DNA of 64,000 bases from Clostridia bacterium (GCA_045533905.1 JAZSIR010000013.1:12392-76391), one strand, 5' to 3'. Counted from the first letter of the stretch, positions 8,832 through 20,447 are shown. Numbers and translations are program-made. Notes: generated from the sequence alone by a model not told the origin.

Positions 8832-10079
8832 ATGCAGGCGCAAGGCAAAAACGCACTTGTATACGCCAAAAGTTTTTTAAAATGGATTCTTCTTGCCACG
8901 GTGGTCGGTCTGTTCGGCGGCTTTGTGGGAAGCCTTTTCCATCTCTGTGTGGATTTTGTAACCGAGCTTCGTGTGGAGACGGGATGGCTCATTTACCTAT
9001 TGCCGATTGGCGGCGTTTTCATCGCCGCGCTTTATGCTCTTTCTAAAAATAAAGGGAATATCGACACAAACCGCGTTTTGGAAGCGGTGCGCACCGACAG
9101 AAGTGTTCCGTTTATAATGGCACCCCTCATTTTTATCAGTACTGTCATCACGCATCTTCTCGGCGGCTCTGCCGGGAGAGAAGGGGCGGCGCTGCAGCTT
9201 GGTGGCAGTATCGGCTATCGCGTGGGCAAAACCTTCCGTCTCGGGGAGGGAGATATGCACATTCTCGTTATGAGTGGTATGAGTGCCGTGTTCTCCGCAC
9301 TTTTTGGAACGCCTATTACCGCCGCTGTCTTTGCACTTGAGGTTGTGCGCGTAGGTACATTCCGGTATGCGGCGCTGGTGCCGAGTACGCTTTCGGCGCT
9401 TGTAGCCGTCAGCGTGGCCGAGCGATTCGGGATTGCTCCGGTACACTTTGCAGGCATTGCCTTCCCGTCACTTTCTGTTTTGGGACTTTTACAGGCGGCA
9501 GGACTCGCGCTTTGTTGCGCCCTTGTGGGCATCTTATTTTGCAAAGCCATTCATACGGCAGAGCATTTTTCGGAGAAGTTTCTTCCTAATAAATATATAC
9601 GCGGATTTTTAGGCGGGGCCCTCCTTGTTTTACTTACGCTTTTGGTGGGTACGCGCGACTATAACGGTGCCGGTATGGATGTCATCTCGCGTGCCATCGG
9701 CGGCGAGGCCGCGCCGGAAGCCTTCCTATTAAAAATAGTATTCACCGCTATCACTATTGCGGCGGGTTTTCGCGGCGGCGAAATTGTGCCTACGTTTTTC
9801 ATCGGTTCCACCTTCGGTTGCGCCGCCGGTGCGCTTTTAGGGATGGATCCGGCGCTCGGCGCCGCTATCGGGTTTGTGGCGCTCTTCTGCAGCGTTGTAA
9901 ACTGTCCTATTGCTTCTACGTTTTTGGCGGTGGAAGTTTTCGGCGCCGAAGGGCTTCCCGTGTTTGCGCTCGTATGCGCGGTCAGCTATATGATGTCAGG
10001 GCTTGGGGGGCTCTATAAGACCCAGCAGATTCTCTACTCTAAGACCGATGAGAGTGAACTCGAAATTCTTCAAAAATAG
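8832..10079 (+). CDS. ClC-family chloride channel/H+:Cl- antiporter
   Basis: GGSAGREGAALQLG, FGTPITAAVFALE, GFRGGEIVP motifs. Confidence 0.92.
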   Translation: MQAQGKNALVYAKSFLKWILLATVVGLFGGFVGSLFHLCVDFVTELRVETGWLIYLLPIGGVFIAALYALSKNKGNIDTNRVLEAVRTDRSVPFIMAPLIFISTVITHLLGGSAGREGAALQLGGSIGYRVGKTFRLGEGDMHILVMSGMSAVFSALFGTPITAAVFALEVVRVGTFRYAALVPSTLSALVAVSVAERFGIAPVHFAGIAFPSLSVLGLLQAAGLALCCALVGILFCKAIHTAEHFSEKFLPNKYIRGFLGGALLVLLTLLVGTRDYNGAGMDVISRAIGGEAAPEAFLLKIVFTAITIAAGFRGGEIVPTFFIGSTFGCAAGALLGMDPALGAAIGFVALFCSVVNCPIASTFLAVEVFGAEGLPVFALVCAVSYMMSGLGGLYKTQQILYSKTDESELEILQK

Positions 10080-10094
10080 AAAGAAAAATGACAT

Positions 10095-10132
10095 AAAAAA
10101 GTGCCTTTTTACGCGAAAAAAGGCACTTTTTT
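10095..10132. terminator. Intrinsic terminator (A- and T-flanked) after ClC gene
   Basis: AAAAAAGTGCCTTTTT...AAAAAGGCACTTTTTT inverted repeat. Confidence 0.8.
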
Positions 10133-10348
10133 CGTATTTGTTAAAAATTTTTTCAAAAAAACGCAACATTTTTTTAAAAAACGTTACACATTTAAAAACG
10201 CCGTATTTTCTGGCTTTTCGGCGTTTTTTACATTTTTTGCCTTTTTCCAATTATATACAGTAAATGTAATAAATTTGAAACTATTACATAAAATGGTTTG
10301 ACAAGGGGTAGCATTTATAGTAAAATGAGGTGCGAAGGAGTGATTCTC

Positions 10349-11605
10349 ATGTTTAAAACAGGAGAATTGTCAAAGCAGAAAATAAGGCGCTTTGTATTGC
10401 CTTTAATCGCTTTGATAGTTCTTGCAGCCATCACGGCTATCGTATGCGCGGCTGTTTTAGGCAAAGTCGTTTACATTCACGACGGTGAAACTGTAACAAC
10501 TTTTAAAACAGCAAAGCTTACTGTCGGAGAGGCGCTGGAGGAAGCGGAAATCATCCCCGGAGAATTTGATATTGTAGACCCGGCACCAGATGCCAAGATA
10601 GAAGAGGGCATGGAAATTCATATTACACGTGCCGTACCGCTTACCCTTATAGTAGATGGTGTGCGAGAGGAATTGCACACTCTCTCCAAAACAGTAGAGG
10701 CGCTTCTTGCGGAGCGCGAAATTCAGCTTGTCGGTTTTGATGCAGTTCTGCCGCCGGCAGAAACAGAAATTACCCCCGGTATGGAAGTTGTCGTAAATCA
10801 TTCGAAAAACATCACCTATACAGGAGATGGAAAAACGGAGATTGTGAGCACACTCACAAACACCGTCGGCGAAATGATTGCGGCAATGGGCCTTACCCTT
10901 TCGGAAGAGGATTTCACGAAGCCGGCAATGGACACCCCGCTTTCGGACGGGCTGGAGGTACGCCTCGTGCGCGTTACCTATAAGACCGTAACGGATACAG
11001 AAAGCGTAGGGTATCAGATTGAGGAAAAAACAACTTCTTCCCTTACAAAGGGAAAGACCCGCATTGCGCAGGTAGGGAAGAACGGCATCCGGAAGAATAC
11101 GTATTCCGTTCTGATGCACGATAAGGAAGAGGTTAAAAGAGAACTGGTTTCTTCTGAAATCACAAGGAAGCCTGTCAACAAGATTATCGAAAAAGGCACA
11201 GCAGCAGCTGCGGCGCCAAAACCTGCAAGCGTTCCTTCCTCGGGCGCAGGCAGCGTGATGACGGCAAAGGGTGAAAATTTTTCCTATAAAAAGAAAATCA
11301 CCTGCACGGCGTATGCATATGACCTCACATATGAAAGCTGCGGCAAGTATCCGGGAGATCCGGATTACGGTATTACGGCAAGCGGTATGAAGGCCGGCCC
11401 CGGCGTTATTGCGGTAGACCCGTCTGTGATTCCGCTCGGCACAAGGCTGTACGTGGAAGCAGTTGACGGCTCGTGGACCTATGGCTACTGTGTGGCAGGG
11501 GATACAGGCAGCGGCATTTACGGCAACCGTATTGACCTTTTCTTTAATACGCCCACAGAAGTTCGAAACTTCGGCGTCCGCAAGGCTACCGTATACATTT
11601 TGTAA
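10349..11605 (+). CDS. YabE/RpfB-like cell-wall protein: DUF348 (ubiquitin-like) repeats, G5 domain, C-terminal 3D domain
   Basis: N-terminal TM, three TV(G)E(A)L-type repeats, G5-like QVGKNG..RKPVNKIIEKGT, 3D motifs TASG/IAVDP/DTG/RIDLF; promoter TTGACA-N17-TAAAAT at 10298-10326. Confidence 0.9.
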   Translation: MFKTGELSKQKIRRFVLPLIALIVLAAITAIVCAAVLGKVVYIHDGETVTTFKTAKLTVGEALEEAEIIPGEFDIVDPAPDAKIEEGMEIHITRAVPLTLIVDGVREELHTLSKTVEALLAEREIQLVGFDAVLPPAETEITPGMEVVVNHSKNITYTGDGKTEIVSTLTNTVGEMIAAMGLTLSEEDFTKPAMDTPLSDGLEVRLVRVTYKTVTDTESVGYQIEEKTTSSLTKGKTRIAQVGKNGIRKNTYSVLMHDKEEVKRELVSSEITRKPVNKIIEKGTAAAAAPKPASVPSSGAGSVMTAKGENFSYKKKITCTAYAYDLTYESCGKYPGDPDYGITASGMKAGPGVIAVDPSVIPLGTRLYVEAVDGSWTYGYCVAGDTGSGIYGNRIDLFFNTPTEVRNFGVRKATVYIL

Positions 11606-11611
11606 TGCAAG

Positions 11612-11639
11612 AAACGCCCTGCTTTTGCAGGGCGTTTTT
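11612..11639 (+). terminator. Intrinsic terminator
   Basis: AAACGCCCTGC-TTTT-GCAGGGCGTTTTT. Confidence 0.88.
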
Positions 11640-11688
11640 GTGCCTGAAAGAAAAGGGAAGAAAAAATTAAAAAATTTTCAAAAAAAGC

Positions 11689-12005
11689 TTGCAATTGACA
11701 AAAAAGTGTGATATAGTATCATGTGCTGTGACATGGCATACGATGAAGCGGGAGGTTGCCGGGTGTGCCCGGGTTTTTCCGTGGAGAATGTCCGATTCTT
11801 GAAATTGGGCGACAGTCACTGTACACTAAGTATAAGAAAGAACTCGAAAGAAAGTCTTTTTGTGCTTATCTGTGCCCGGATACAAGTATGTCCGGGTTTA
11901 TGTTTGCAAAAGCATGACACACACGGCAGAGTGTACGGTTCTTCTCGTCGGCATGGACAAAGTGGAAAAAAGCCACAACAGCGAAAAAAATTAGGAGGCG
12001 AGATT
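11689..12005 (+). promoter_or_regulatory. S10 operon promoter(s) and long structured rpsJ leader
   Basis: Overlapping TTGCAA-N17-TATAGT and TTGACA-N16-TATCAT; leader has GATGAAGCGGGAGGTTGCC...CCGTGGAGAA, recalled as resembling Firmicute rpsJ leaders, plus hairpins such as CCCGGATACAAGTATGTCCGGG. Confidence 0.6.
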
Positions 12006-12335
12006 ATGGCAGCAAAACAGAAAATCAGGATTCGTCTGAAAGCGTATGAGCACGCGCTCATCGATCAGGCAGCGGAGAAGATCGTGGAAACCGCAAAGCG
12101 TACAGGTTCCACAGTATCCGGTCCGGTACCGCTCCCCACGGAGAAGGAAATCATCACCATTCTTCGAGCGGTACACAAGTACAAGGACTCCCGCGAACAG
12201 TTTGAAATGCGCACGCATAAGAGACTGATCGACATTCTGCATCCCACAAACAAAACTGTGGAAGCTCTGGGACGTCTGGAAGTGCCCGCCGGCGTAAGCA
12301 TTGAAATCAAGCTTGTCGGCAAGGACGCGCGGTAA
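12006..12335 (+). CDS. rpsJ: 30S ribosomal protein S10
   Basis: [39 protein letters not shown]; true start at 12006 after AGGAGG. Confidence 0.98.
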   Translation: MAAKQKIRIRLKAYEHALIDQAAEKIVETAKRTGSTVSGPVPLPTEKEIITILRAVHKYKDSREQFEMRTHKRLIDILHPTNKTVEALGRLEVPAGVSIEIKLVGKDAR

Positions 12336-12379
12336 ATGTTGGCGACACCGTCAACCAATAACCAAAAGGAGGAAAAACA

Positions 12380-13009
12380 ATGAACAAGGCAATTATTGGT
12401 AAGAAAATTGGCATGACACAGATTTTCACCCCTGAAGGCCGCCTCGTTCCGGTAACGGTAATTGAAGCAGGCCCGTGCACAGTTGTACAGAAGAAAACAG
12501 TTGAAACCGATGGTTACGTAGCTGTACAGCTTGGCTTTGGTGAAAAGAAGGACAAGAAAGTAACAAAGCCGGAAAAGGGACACTTTGAAAAAGCAGGTGT
12601 TTCGGCAAAGCGTGTACTTCGTGAGTTCCGTCTCGCAGGCGCCGCTGACATGAACCCGGGCGATGTAGTGAACGTCGAAATCTTCGCAGAAGGCGACAAG
12701 GTCGATGTAACGGGCATCTCCAAGGGTAAAGGTTATGCAGGTACCGTAAAGCGCTTCGGCACACACCGTGGTCCTATGGCACACGGTTCCAAGTATCATC
12801 GCGGCCCCGGTTCCATGGGCGCTTGCTCCACACCGTCCAAGGTTATGAAGGGTAAGAAGCTCCCGGGTCATATGGGTGTTGACCGTGTAACGGTTCAGAA
12901 CCTCGACGTAGTTAAGGTAGATTCCGAAAGAAATCTCCTTCTCGTAAAAGGTGCAGTTCCGGGCGCACGCGGCAGCATCGTAACGGTTAAAGATACAGTT
13001 AAAAAATAA
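12380..13009 (+). CDS. rplC: 50S ribosomal protein L3
   Basis: [24 protein letters not shown]; synteny. Confidence 0.98.
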   Translation: MNKAIIGKKIGMTQIFTPEGRLVPVTVIEAGPCTVVQKKTVETDGYVAVQLGFGEKKDKKVTKPEKGHFEKAGVSAKRVLREFRLAGAADMNPGDVVNVEIFAEGDKVDVTGISKGKGYAGTVKRFGTHRGPMAHGSKYHRGPGSMGACSTPSKVMKGKKLPGHMGVDRVTVQNLDVVKVDSERNLLLVKGAVPGARGSIVTVKDTVKK

Positions 13010-13036
13010 TGAATTACCAGGGAAGGAGGATTTGAC

Positions 13037-13660
13037 ATGCCTAAAACAGATGTATATAAGATGGATGGCAGCAAAGCGGGCGAGATTACATTGTCCGATG
13101 CTGTATTCGGTCAGGAAGTAAATAAGACAGTCTTGCACAGTGTTATCGTGAACTATCTCGCAAACCAGAGACAGGGCACACAGAGTGCAAAGACTCGTTC
13201 TGAAGTTGCCGGCGGCGGCGCAAAGCCTTTCAGACAGAAGGGTACCGGTCGTGCAAGACAGGGTAGCACCAGAGCGGCACAGTGGATTAAGGGTGGCATC
13301 ATTTTCGCCCCGAAGCCCAGAGAATACAGATTCTCTATCAATAAGAAGGTTAAGGACGTTGCAATGCGTTCGGCTCTCAGCTCCAAGGTACAGGAAAATG
13401 AAATCCTGGTTATGGAATCTCTCGAGCTTGAAGCAATCAAGACCAAGCAGGTTACAAACATGCTGAGCGCTCTCGGCGTAGAAGGCAAGGCACTTTTCGT
13501 TACATGCGACAAGAACGACAACCTCTATCTGTCCGCAAGAAACATTTACGGGGTAGACGTTTCGTATGTAGGTATGCTGAATGTGTATGACATTCTCAAT
13601 CATGGCAAGCTTATTATTGCGAAAAACGCCGTAGAAAAACTGGAGGAGGTTTACGCATAA
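13037..13660 (+). CDS. rplD: 50S ribosomal protein L4
   Basis: [21 protein letters not shown]. Confidence 0.98.
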   Translation: MPKTDVYKMDGSKAGEITLSDAVFGQEVNKTVLHSVIVNYLANQRQGTQSAKTRSEVAGGGAKPFRQKGTGRARQGSTRAAQWIKGGIIFAPKPREYRFSINKKVKDVAMRSALSSKVQENEILVMESLELEAIKTKQVTNMLSALGVEGKALFVTCDKNDNLYLSARNIYGVDVSYVGMLNVYDILNHGKLIIAKNAVEKLEEVYA

Positions 13661-13661
13661 T

Positions 13662-13958
13662 ATGAAAAACGTACATGATATTATCATTCGTCCGATTATT
13701 ACGGAAAACAGTATGGATCAGCTGCAGGATAAGAAGTACACCTTTGAAGTTGCACGCAGCGCAAACAAGGTAGAAATCAAGCAGGCGATCGAAGAAATTT
13801 TCCCGGGTGTTAAGGTTGATAAAGTTACAACCCAGAACGTTCTCGGCAAAATTAAGCGTATGGGCAGAAGCGAAGGCAGAAGAGCCAACTGGAAGAAAGC
13901 CATCGTAAAGCTCACAGAAAGCAGTAAGACCATTGAGTTCTTTGAAGGTCTTGTATAA
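13662..13958 (+). CDS. rplW: 50S ribosomal protein L23
   Basis: [23 protein letters not shown]. Confidence 0.97.
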   Translation: MKNVHDIIIRPIITENSMDQLQDKKYTFEVARSANKVEIKQAIEEIFPGVKVDKVTTQNVLGKIKRMGRSEGRRANWKKAIVKLTESSKTIEFFEGLV

Positions 13959-13975
13959 GCTTAGGAGGGATTGAA

Positions 13976-14809
13976 ATGGCAGTAAAGAAATTTAAACCTA
14001 CTTCTCCCGCACGCAGATTTATGACGGTATCCGCCTTCGAAGAGATCACCAAGAAAGAACCGGAACGTTCTTTGCTTGAACCTTTGAAGAAGCATGCCGG
14101 CAGAAATGCATACGGCAGAATCACCGTTCGTCATCGTGGCGGCGGCAACAGACAGAAATACAGAGTTATCGACTTTAAGCGCAATAAGATGGATATGCCG
14201 GCAACGGTTATCGGTATCGAATACGATCCGAACAGAAGCGCAAACATCGCTCTTCTTCAGTACGAAGATGGCGAAAAGCGCTACATCATTGCTCCCTTAG
14301 GTCTTACCGACGGCGATGTAGTTATCTCCAGTGCCACAGCCGACATCAAACCCGGCAACGCACTCCCGATCAGCTCCATTCCGGTAGGTACTCTCATTCA
14401 CAACATCGAACTTTCTCCCGGCAAGGGCGGTCAGCTCGTAAGAAGCGCCGGTAACAGCGCACAGCTGATGGCTAAGGAAGGCAAGTACGCACAGGTACGT
14501 CTCCCCTCGGGCGAAGTTAGAATGGTTCGTATCAACTGCATGGCTACTATCGGCCAGGTTGGTAACATCGACCATGAAAACATCTCTATCGGTAAAGCGG
14601 GCCGCAAGCGCCACATGGGTATCAGACCGACCGTCCGCGGTGTTGTTATGAACCCGAATGACCACCCCCACGGCGGTGGTGAAGGTAAGTCTCCTATCGG
14701 TATGCCGAGCCCGGTAACACCGTGGGGCAAGCCGGCGCTGGGTCTTAAGACCAGAAAGAAGAACAAAGAATCTAACAAGTTTATTGTAAAACGCCGGAAT
14801 CAGAAGTAA
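13976..14809 (+). CDS. rplB: 50S ribosomal protein L2
   Basis: [25 protein letters not shown]. Confidence 0.98.
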   Translation: MAVKKFKPTSPARRFMTVSAFEEITKKEPERSLLEPLKKHAGRNAYGRITVRHRGGGNRQKYRVIDFKRNKMDMPATVIGIEYDPNRSANIALLQYEDGEKRYIIAPLGLTDGDVVISSATADIKPGNALPISSIPVGTLIHNIELSPGKGGQLVRSAGNSAQLMAKEGKYAQVRLPSGEVRMVRINCMATIGQVGNIDHENISIGKAGRKRHMGIRPTVRGVVMNPNDHPHGGGEGKSPIGMPSPVTPWGKPALGLKTRKKNKESNKFIVKRRNQK

Positions 14810-14833
14810 TCTGATTGAGAGGAGGATTAACAC

Positions 14834-15109
14834 ATGGGTAGATCAGTTAAGAAAGGACCCTTTGTCCAGGAACGCCTTTTAAAGCGCGTTATCGAAATGA
14901 ACGAAAGTGGCGACAAAAAGGTTCTTAAGACCTGGTCGAGAAGTTCGACAATATTCCCTGAAATGGTAGGCCATACAATTGCTGTACACGACGGTCGCAA
15001 GCATGTACCCGTTTATGTAACAGAAGATATGGTAGGTCATAAGCTCGGCGAATTCGCGCCGACAAGAACGTATAAGGGTCATGCAGGTTCGAAAACAACC
15101 GGCAAATAA
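14834..15109 (+). CDS. rpsS: 30S ribosomal protein S19
   Basis: [22 protein letters not shown]. Confidence 0.98.
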   Translation: MGRSVKKGPFVQERLLKRVIEMNESGDKKVLKTWSRSSTIFPEMVGHTIAVHDGRKHVPVYVTEDMVGHKLGEFAPTRTYKGHAGSKTTGK

Positions 15110-15132
15110 AGAAGCGAAAGGAAAGGGTATCT

Positions 15133-15480
15133 ATGGATGCAAGAACATCTGCAAGCGCCACACTGCGCCATGCGAGAATCTCGCCGCGCAAGGTAAAGCT
15201 TGTTATTGATCTTATTAGAAATAAGCCTGTCGGTACGGCGATAGGAATCCTGAACAATACACCCAAAGCGGCCAGCGAACTTTTGATTAAGCTGCTGAAT
15301 TCCGCTATAGCCAATGCCGAAAACAATTTTGGTCTCAGTGCCGACAAGCTGTACGTAACTGAAGGGTATGCCAACGAAGGTCCTACCTTAAAGCGTATCC
15401 AGCCGAGAGCACAAGGCAGGGCGTTCAGAATCAGAAAGAGAACGAGCCACATCACCTTAGTGGTTTCGGAGAAAGAGTAA
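15133..15480 (+). CDS. rplV: 50S ribosomal protein L22
   Basis: [28 protein letters not shown]. Confidence 0.98.
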   Translation: MDARTSASATLRHARISPRKVKLVIDLIRNKPVGTAIGILNNTPKAASELLIKLLNSAIANAENNFGLSADKLYVTEGYANEGPTLKRIQPRAQGRAFRIRKRTSHITLVVSEKE

Positions 15481-15492
15481 GGAGGAGAGCGC

Positions 15493-16173
15493 ATGGGTCA
15501 GAAGGTAAATCCCCATGGTCTTAGAGTTGGCGTTATCAAGGATTGGGATTCGCGCTGGTTCGCGGATAACAGCTCCTTTGCCGATTATCTGATTGAAGAC
15601 CAGAAGATCAGAAATTTCATTAAGAAAAAGCTGTTTGCAGCAGGCATCGCACGCGTAGAAATCGAAAAGGATGCCAGCAAAATCAGAGTATTTATCCATG
15701 CTGCAAAGCCGGGTATCGTTATCGGTAAGAACGGCGCAGACATTGATAAGCTGAAGGGCCAGCTTGAAGCCCTTACCGCAAAGTCGGTAAACATCAACAT
15801 CGTAGAAGTTAAGAATGCAGATGCCAATGCACAGCTCGTTGCAGAAAACATCGCAGCACAGCTCGAAAAGAGAACTTCTTTCAGAAGAGCTATGAAGTCC
15901 TGCATGCAGCGCGCAATGCGTCTTGGCGTAAAGGGTATCAAAACTTCTTGTTCCGGTCGTCTCGGCGGCGCAGAAATTGCTCGTACAGAGCAGTATCATG
16001 AAGGCACAATTCCGCTGCAGACACTGCGCGCGGACATTGACTATGGCTTCTATGAAGCAGACACGACCTACGGCAAAATTGGTGTAAAGGTATGGATTTA
16101 CAAAGGTGAAGTCCTGTCCCAGACCAAGAAGGCACCCAAAGCGGAGGGAGGCAAGAAACATGTTAATGCCTAA
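15493..16173 (+). CDS. rpsC: 30S ribosomal protein S3
   Basis: [22 protein letters not shown]. Confidence 0.98.
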   Translation: MGQKVNPHGLRVGVIKDWDSRWFADNSSFADYLIEDQKIRNFIKKKLFAAGIARVEIEKDASKIRVFIHAAKPGIVIGKNGADIDKLKGQLEALTAKSVNINIVEVKNADANAQLVAENIAAQLEKRTSFRRAMKSCMQRAMRLGVKGIKTSCSGRLGGAEIARTEQYHEGTIPLQTLRADIDYGFYEADTTYGKIGVKVWIYKGEVLSQTKKAPKAEGGKKHVNA

Positions 16174-16600
16174 AAGAGTAAAATACAGAAGAGTTATGCG
16201 CGGCAGACTGAAAGGTGCTGCAATGCGCGGTAACAAGATTGCATACGGCGATTTTGCCCTGCAGGCACTGGAACCGGCATGGATCACTTCTAACCAGATC
16301 GAAGCTGCTCGTATCGCTATGACGCGTTACATCAAGCGTGGCGGTCAGGTTTGGATTAAGATTTTCCCGGATAAGCCGGTAACAGAAAAACCTGCTGAAA
16401 CTCGTATGGGTAGCGGTAAAGGTTCGCCTGAATACTGGGTAGCCGTTGTAAAGCCCGGTAGAGTTTTGTTTGAAATTGGCGGCGTAAGTGAAGAAACTGC
16501 CCGCGAAGCTATGCGTCTTGCTATGCACAAGCTTCCGGTAAAGTGCAAGTTCCTTACCCGCGAGTCCCAGGAAACGGAGGGTGATTCGAGTGAAAGTTAA
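16160..16600 (+). CDS. rplP: 50S ribosomal protein L16
   Basis: [19 protein letters not shown]; start corrected to 16160. Confidence 0.98.
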   Translation: MLMPKRVKYRRVMRGRLKGAAMRGNKIAYGDFALQALEPAWITSNQIEAARIAMTRYIKRGGQVWIKIFPDKPVTEKPAETRMGSGKGSPEYWVAVVKPGRVLFEIGGVSEETAREAMRLAMHKLPVKCKFLTRESQETEGDSSES

Positions 16601-16793
16601 TGAAATCCGTGATTTAAAGATAGAAGAACTGCAGGAAAAGCTGCAGGACCTCAAGAAGGAGCTTTTTAACTTACGTTTTCAGCACGCTACCAACCAGCTG
16701 GAGAATCCGATGCGAATCGCAGAAGTAAAGAAGACGATTGCACGGATTAAGACGGTCATCAAAGAGCAAGAGCTTAAGAGCGAAACCGTTTAA
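16590..16793 (+). CDS. rpmC: 50S ribosomal protein L29
   Basis: [19 protein letters not shown]; GTG start after GGAGG. Confidence 0.96.
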   Translation: MKVNEIRDLKIEELQEKLQDLKKELFNLRFQHATNQLENPMRIAEVKKTIARIKTVIKEQELKSETV

Positions 16794-16810
16794 TGAAAGG
16801 AGGAAGCGAA

Positions 16811-17068
16811 ATGGCTGAAAGAAATGCACGTAAGGTCAGAATTGGTACGGTTGTCAGCGACAAGATGGATAAGACAATTGTTGTGGCAATTGAAGACCAT
16901 GTAAAGCATCCGCTTTATGGAAAAATTGTTAAGAGAACATACAAACTCAAGGCACATGATGCAGAGAATGTATGTGGCGTAGGGGATAAGGTAAAGGTTA
17001 TGGAAACCAGACCCTTAAGCCGTGATAAACGTTGGAGATTAGTTGAGATTGTAGAAAAGGCGAGATAA
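16811..17068 (+). CDS. rpsQ: 30S ribosomal protein S17
   Basis: [21 protein letters not shown]. Confidence 0.97.
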   Translation: MAERNARKVRIGTVVSDKMDKTIVVAIEDHVKHPLYGKIVKRTYKLKAHDAENVCGVGDKVKVMETRPLSRDKRWRLVEIVEKAR

Positions 17069-17091
17069 TCGCACGGAAGGAGTGAGCGCAA

Positions 17092-17460
17092 ATGATTCAA
17101 CAGCAAACGCTGCTCAAGGTAGCCGACAACACGGGTGCAAAGGAACTCATGTGCATTCGTTGTCTTGGCGGTTCATTGAAAAGATATGCAAACGTCGGCG
17201 ACGTTATCGTAGCTTCTGTTAAGAAAGCAACGCCCGGCGGTGTTGTAAAGAAGGGTGATGTTGTTAAGGCCGTTGTTGTTCGTTCGGTAAAAGGCCTGCG
17301 CAGACCCGATGGTAGTTATATCCGGTTTGACGAAAATGCGGCTGTTATCATTAAGGATGACAAGAACCCCAGAGGTACCCGTATTTTTGGCCCGGTTGCC
17401 CGTGAGCTCCGTGACAAGGATTATATGAAGATTATTTCCTTGGCACCGGAAGTACTGTAA
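17092..17460 (+). CDS. rplN: 50S ribosomal protein L14
   Basis: [20 protein letters not shown]. Confidence 0.98.
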   Translation: MIQQQTLLKVADNTGAKELMCIRCLGGSLKRYANVGDVIVASVKKATPGGVVKKGDVVKAVVVRSVKGLRRPDGSYIRFDENAAVIIKDDKNPRGTRIFGPVARELRDKDYMKIISLAPEVL

Positions 17461-17474
17461 GGAGGTGGCACAGA

Positions 17475-17789
17475 ATGCATATTAAGAAAGACGATATGGT
17501 TAAGGTCATTGCCGGCGTGGATAAGAATAAGACCGGTAAGGTTTTAGAAGTGCTTCCTTCGGAAGGTAAGGTTATTGTAGAGGGCGTAGGTATGGTAACA
17601 AAGCATACAAAGCCCCGCAAGCAGGGTGAAGTTGGCGGCCTTATTAAGAAAGAAGCTGCAATTTACGCTTCCAAGGTTATGCACATCTGCCCGAAGTGCA
17701 ATAAACCGACCAGAATCGGAAGAAAAGTATTGGAAGACGGCAAAAAGGTAAGAATTTGCAAGCATTGCAATGAAACCTTTAACGACTAG
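17475..17789 (+). CDS. rplX: 50S ribosomal protein L24
   Basis: KOW motif IKKDD.VKVIAG.DK; synteny. Confidence 0.97.
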   Translation: MHIKKDDMVKVIAGVDKNKTGKVLEVLPSEGKVIVEGVGMVTKHTKPRKQGEVGGLIKKEAAIYASKVMHICPKCNKPTRIGRKVLEDGKKVRICKHCNETFND

Positions 17790-17801
17790 TGAAAGGAGGG
17801 A

Positions 17802-18350
17802 ATGCAAATGTCCAGAATGAAAGTTAAGTACAATGAAGAAGTGGCACCGGCTTTGATGACTAAGTTCGGTTACAAGAGCCCGATGCAAATCCCGCGCCTT
17901 GAGAAAGTCGTTATCAATATAGGTCTTGGTGAGGCAAAGGAAAATCCGAAGGCAATCGAAGCTGCCTGCGGCGATCTTGCAAAGATCACCGGTCAGAAGC
18001 CTGTTGTTACAAAGGCAAAGAAGTCTGTTGCTAACTTCAAGCTCCGTCAGGGCATGAACATTGGTTGCAAAGTAACGCTTCGAAGCGAAAAGATGTATGA
18101 GTTTGTCGACAGACTCTTCAACGTAGCGCTTCCCCGCGTTCGCGATTTCAGAGGCATTAATCCCAATTCCTTTGACGGCCGCGGTAATTACACCATGGGT
18201 GTTAAGGAACAGTTGATTTTCCCGGAAATCGAATATGATAAGATAGATAAGGTAAGAGGCATGGATATCATTTTTGTTACGACTGCCAAAACCGACGAAG
18301 AAGCACGTGAGTTTTTAACACTTATGGGCGCTCCGTTTGCCAAAAACTGA
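17802..18350 (+). CDS. rplE: 50S ribosomal protein L5
   Basis: [22 protein letters not shown]; start may be 17808. Confidence 0.98.
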   Translation: MQMSRMKVKYNEEVAPALMTKFGYKSPMQIPRLEKVVINIGLGEAKENPKAIEAACGDLAKITGQKPVVTKAKKSVANFKLRQGMNIGCKVTLRSEKMYEFVDRLFNVALPRVRDFRGINPNSFDGRGNYTMGVKEQLIFPEIEYDKIDKVRGMDIIFVTTAKTDEEAREFLTLMGAPFAKN

Positions 18351-18367
18351 GGGGAGGGAACTAAAAA

Positions 18368-18553
18368 ATGGCAAAGAAATCCATGATTTTAAAGCAGCAG
18401 CGTACACCGAAGTACAGCACAAGAGCGTACACCCGGTGCAAGATTTGCGGCAGACCCCACGCATACCTGAGAAAGTTCGGCATTTGCCGTATTTGCTTCA
18501 GGGAATTGGCATACAAAGGGCAGATTCCCGGTGTAAAGAAGGCAAGTTGGTAA
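18368..18553 (+). CDS. rpsN: 30S ribosomal protein S14 (type Z, zinc-binding)
   Basis: [22 protein letters not shown]; 61 aa. Confidence 0.97.
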   Translation: MAKKSMILKQQRTPKYSTRAYTRCKICGRPHAYLRKFGICRICFRELAYKGQIPGVKKASW

Positions 18554-18582
18554 TTTAAAGCTACGGAAAAGGAGGTAGTACC

Positions 18583-18981
18583 ATGCAGTTGACAGATCCC
18601 ATTGCTGATATGCTGACACGTATCAGAAATGCAAATTCCGCACGGCATGAAACTGTCGATATCCCCGCTTCCAATATGAAGAAAGCAATCGCTGAGATTC
18701 TGAATGAAGAAGGGTATATCAAAGGATATCAGATTATAGATGATGACAAACAGGGCGTTATCCGTATTGCACTGAAGTACGGTGCAAACAAAGAACGGGT
18801 ACTGTCCGGACTTATCAGAATTTCCAAGCCCGGTCTGCGTGTATACGCAGGTCACAACGAGATCCCGCGCGTACTGAAGGGTCTCGGTATTGCAATCGTG
18901 TCCACTTCGAAAGGCATTATGACCGATAAGAAGGCACGCGCAATGCACGTTGGCGGCGAAGTTTTGGCATTTATTTGGTAA
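18583..18981 (+). CDS. rpsH: 30S ribosomal protein S8
   Basis: [21 protein letters not shown]. Confidence 0.98.
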   Translation: MQLTDPIADMLTRIRNANSARHETVDIPASNMKKAIAEILNEEGYIKGYQIIDDDKQGVIRIALKYGANKERVLSGLIRISKPGLRVYAGHNEIPRVLKGLGIAIVSTSKGIMTDKKARAMHVGGEVLAFIW

Positions 18982-19006
18982 TTTTAAGAAATGGTGGTGA
19001 GACGCA

Positions 19007-19555
19007 ATGTCAAGAATAGGTAGAATGCCTATTGCTGTACCGGCAGGTGTTGACGTAAAGGTTGGCGCAAACAATGACGTTACAGTAAAAGGCCCCAAGG
19101 GGACGCTCAGCCAGCAGCTTCATCCGGACATGAAGATCGAGATGAAGGACGGCGAGATCAATATCATTCGTCCCTCTGAGCAAAAGAAACATAAAGCACT
19201 GCACGGCCTCACACGTTCGCTTCTTGCAAACATGGTTACCGGCGTTACCGAAGGTTTCCAGAAAGAACTGGAAATCAACGGCGTTGGTTACAGAGCGCAG
19301 ATGCAGGGTAAAAAGCTCGTTTTAAACCTCGGGTATTCTCATCCGGTGGAAATGGACGAAATTAAAGGCATTGAAATCGAAGTACCCGCCCCGAACAAGA
19401 TCATTGTTAAGGGTGCTGACAAGCAGCTGGTAGGTCACGTAGCGGCAAACATCCGCGAAAAGAGACTGCCGGAACCCTACAAGGGCAAGGGTATCAAGTA
19501 TGTAACCGAACATATCCGCCGCAAGGAGGGTAAGGCCGGTAAAGCCAAGGGTTAA
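19007..19555 (+). CDS. rplF: 50S ribosomal protein L6
   Basis: [20 protein letters not shown]. Confidence 0.98.
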   Translation: MSRIGRMPIAVPAGVDVKVGANNDVTVKGPKGTLSQQLHPDMKIEMKDGEINIIRPSEQKKHKALHGLTRSLLANMVTGVTEGFQKELEINGVGYRAQMQGKKLVLNLGYSHPVEMDEIKGIEIEVPAPNKIIVKGADKQLVGHVAANIREKRLPEPYKGKGIKYVTEHIRRKEGKAGKAKG

Positions 19556-19572
19556 GAGAGGAGCAGTAAGAG

Positions 19573-19932
19573 ATGATTAATAAGGCATCCAGCAATAAGG
19601 CTAGAATCAAACGCCACGGCCGCATCCGCCGCAACATCGTCGGCACAGCAGAGCGTCCGCGTCTGAACGTATTCCGCAGCCTGAATCATATTTACGCTCA
19701 GATCATCGACGATGAGAAGGGTGTAACACTGGCCGCAGCTTCTTCCTTGGACAAGGGTTTTGAAGCCTACGGCGGTAACGCCGATGCAGCTCGCGCAGTT
19801 GGTAAGCGCGTTGCAGAAGTTGCTCTTGAAAAGGGCATCAAGGCGGTTGTATTTGACCGCGGCGGTTACATTTACCATGGACGTATCGCAGCACTTGCTG
19901 AAGGCGCTCGCGAAGGCGGTCTGGAATTTTAA
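19573..19932 (+). CDS. rplR: 50S ribosomal protein L18
   Basis: [21 protein letters not shown]. Confidence 0.98.
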   Translation: MINKASSNKARIKRHGRIRRNIVGTAERPRLNVFRSLNHIYAQIIDDEKGVTLAAASSLDKGFEAYGGNADAARAVGKRVAEVALEKGIKAVVFDRGGYIYHGRIAALAEGAREGGLEF

Positions 19933-19946
19933 GAAGGAGGGTCATT

Positions 19947-20447
19947 ATGGCAGACAGAATCGATCCCACAACGTTAGATATCAAAGAAAAAGTAGTTTGC
20001 CTCAACCGTGTTACGAAGGTTGTTAAGGGTGGTAAAAACTCTCGCTTCACAGCCCTGGTTGTTGTCGGTGACGAAAACGGCCACGTAGGCAGCGGTCTTG
20101 GCAAAGCAGTTGAAATCCCGGACGCAATCCGCAAAGCGATTGAAGCTGCAAAGAAGAACATGGTTACTGTTCCGCTGGTTGACGGTGGTACAGTTCCGCA
20201 CGAAATTATCGGTGAATGCGGCGCAGGTCGCGTACTGATTAAGCCGGCTGTAGAAGGTACCGGTGTTATCGCCGGCGGCGGCGTTCGTGCAGTTATGGAA
20301 CTTGCAGGCGTTAAGAACGTACGTACAAAGTCCCTTCGCAGCAACAATGCAAAGAACGTTGTAGACGCAACAATTGCAGGTCTCAAGAACCTCAAATTCG
20401 CCGCAGAAGTGGCACGTCTTCGTGGCAAGACAGTAGAAGAACTGTAA
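19947..20447 (+). CDS. rpsE: 30S ribosomal protein S5
   Basis: [17 protein letters not shown]. Confidence 0.98.
   Translation: MADRIDPTTLDIKEKVVCLNRVTKVVKGGKNSRFTALVVVGDENGHVGSGLGKAVEIPDAIRKAIEAAKKNMVTVPLVDGGTVPHEIIGECGAGRVLIKPAVEGTGVIAGGGVRAVMELAGVKNVRTKSLRSNNAKNVVDATIAGLKNLKFAAEVARLRGKTVEEL

Noticed and set aside
8776-8832. Fluoride riboswitch / CLC-F exporter
   Set aside because: Only a simple hairpin (8780-8810) is present; the protein has GREGA/GGEIVP rather than the CLC-F GREGT/GEVTP signatures.
10133-10260. A/T-tract-rich intergenic stretch as a possible repeat array or origin
   Set aside because: No regular repeat unit, DnaA-box cluster or spacer pattern; typical upstream promoter DNA.
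11721-12005. 95-aa N-terminal extension of S10 in the ORF track
   Set aside because: Covers the non-coding leader; the true start is the SD-preceded ATG at 12006.
12065-13687. 540-aa antisense ORF over rpsJ-rplD (and similar long antisense ORFs at 4063-5544, 7452-8624, 40150-41598, 43879-45168, 56541-57572)
   Set aside because: Shadow frames of conserved sense genes caused by codon bias; no SD or recognisable motifs.
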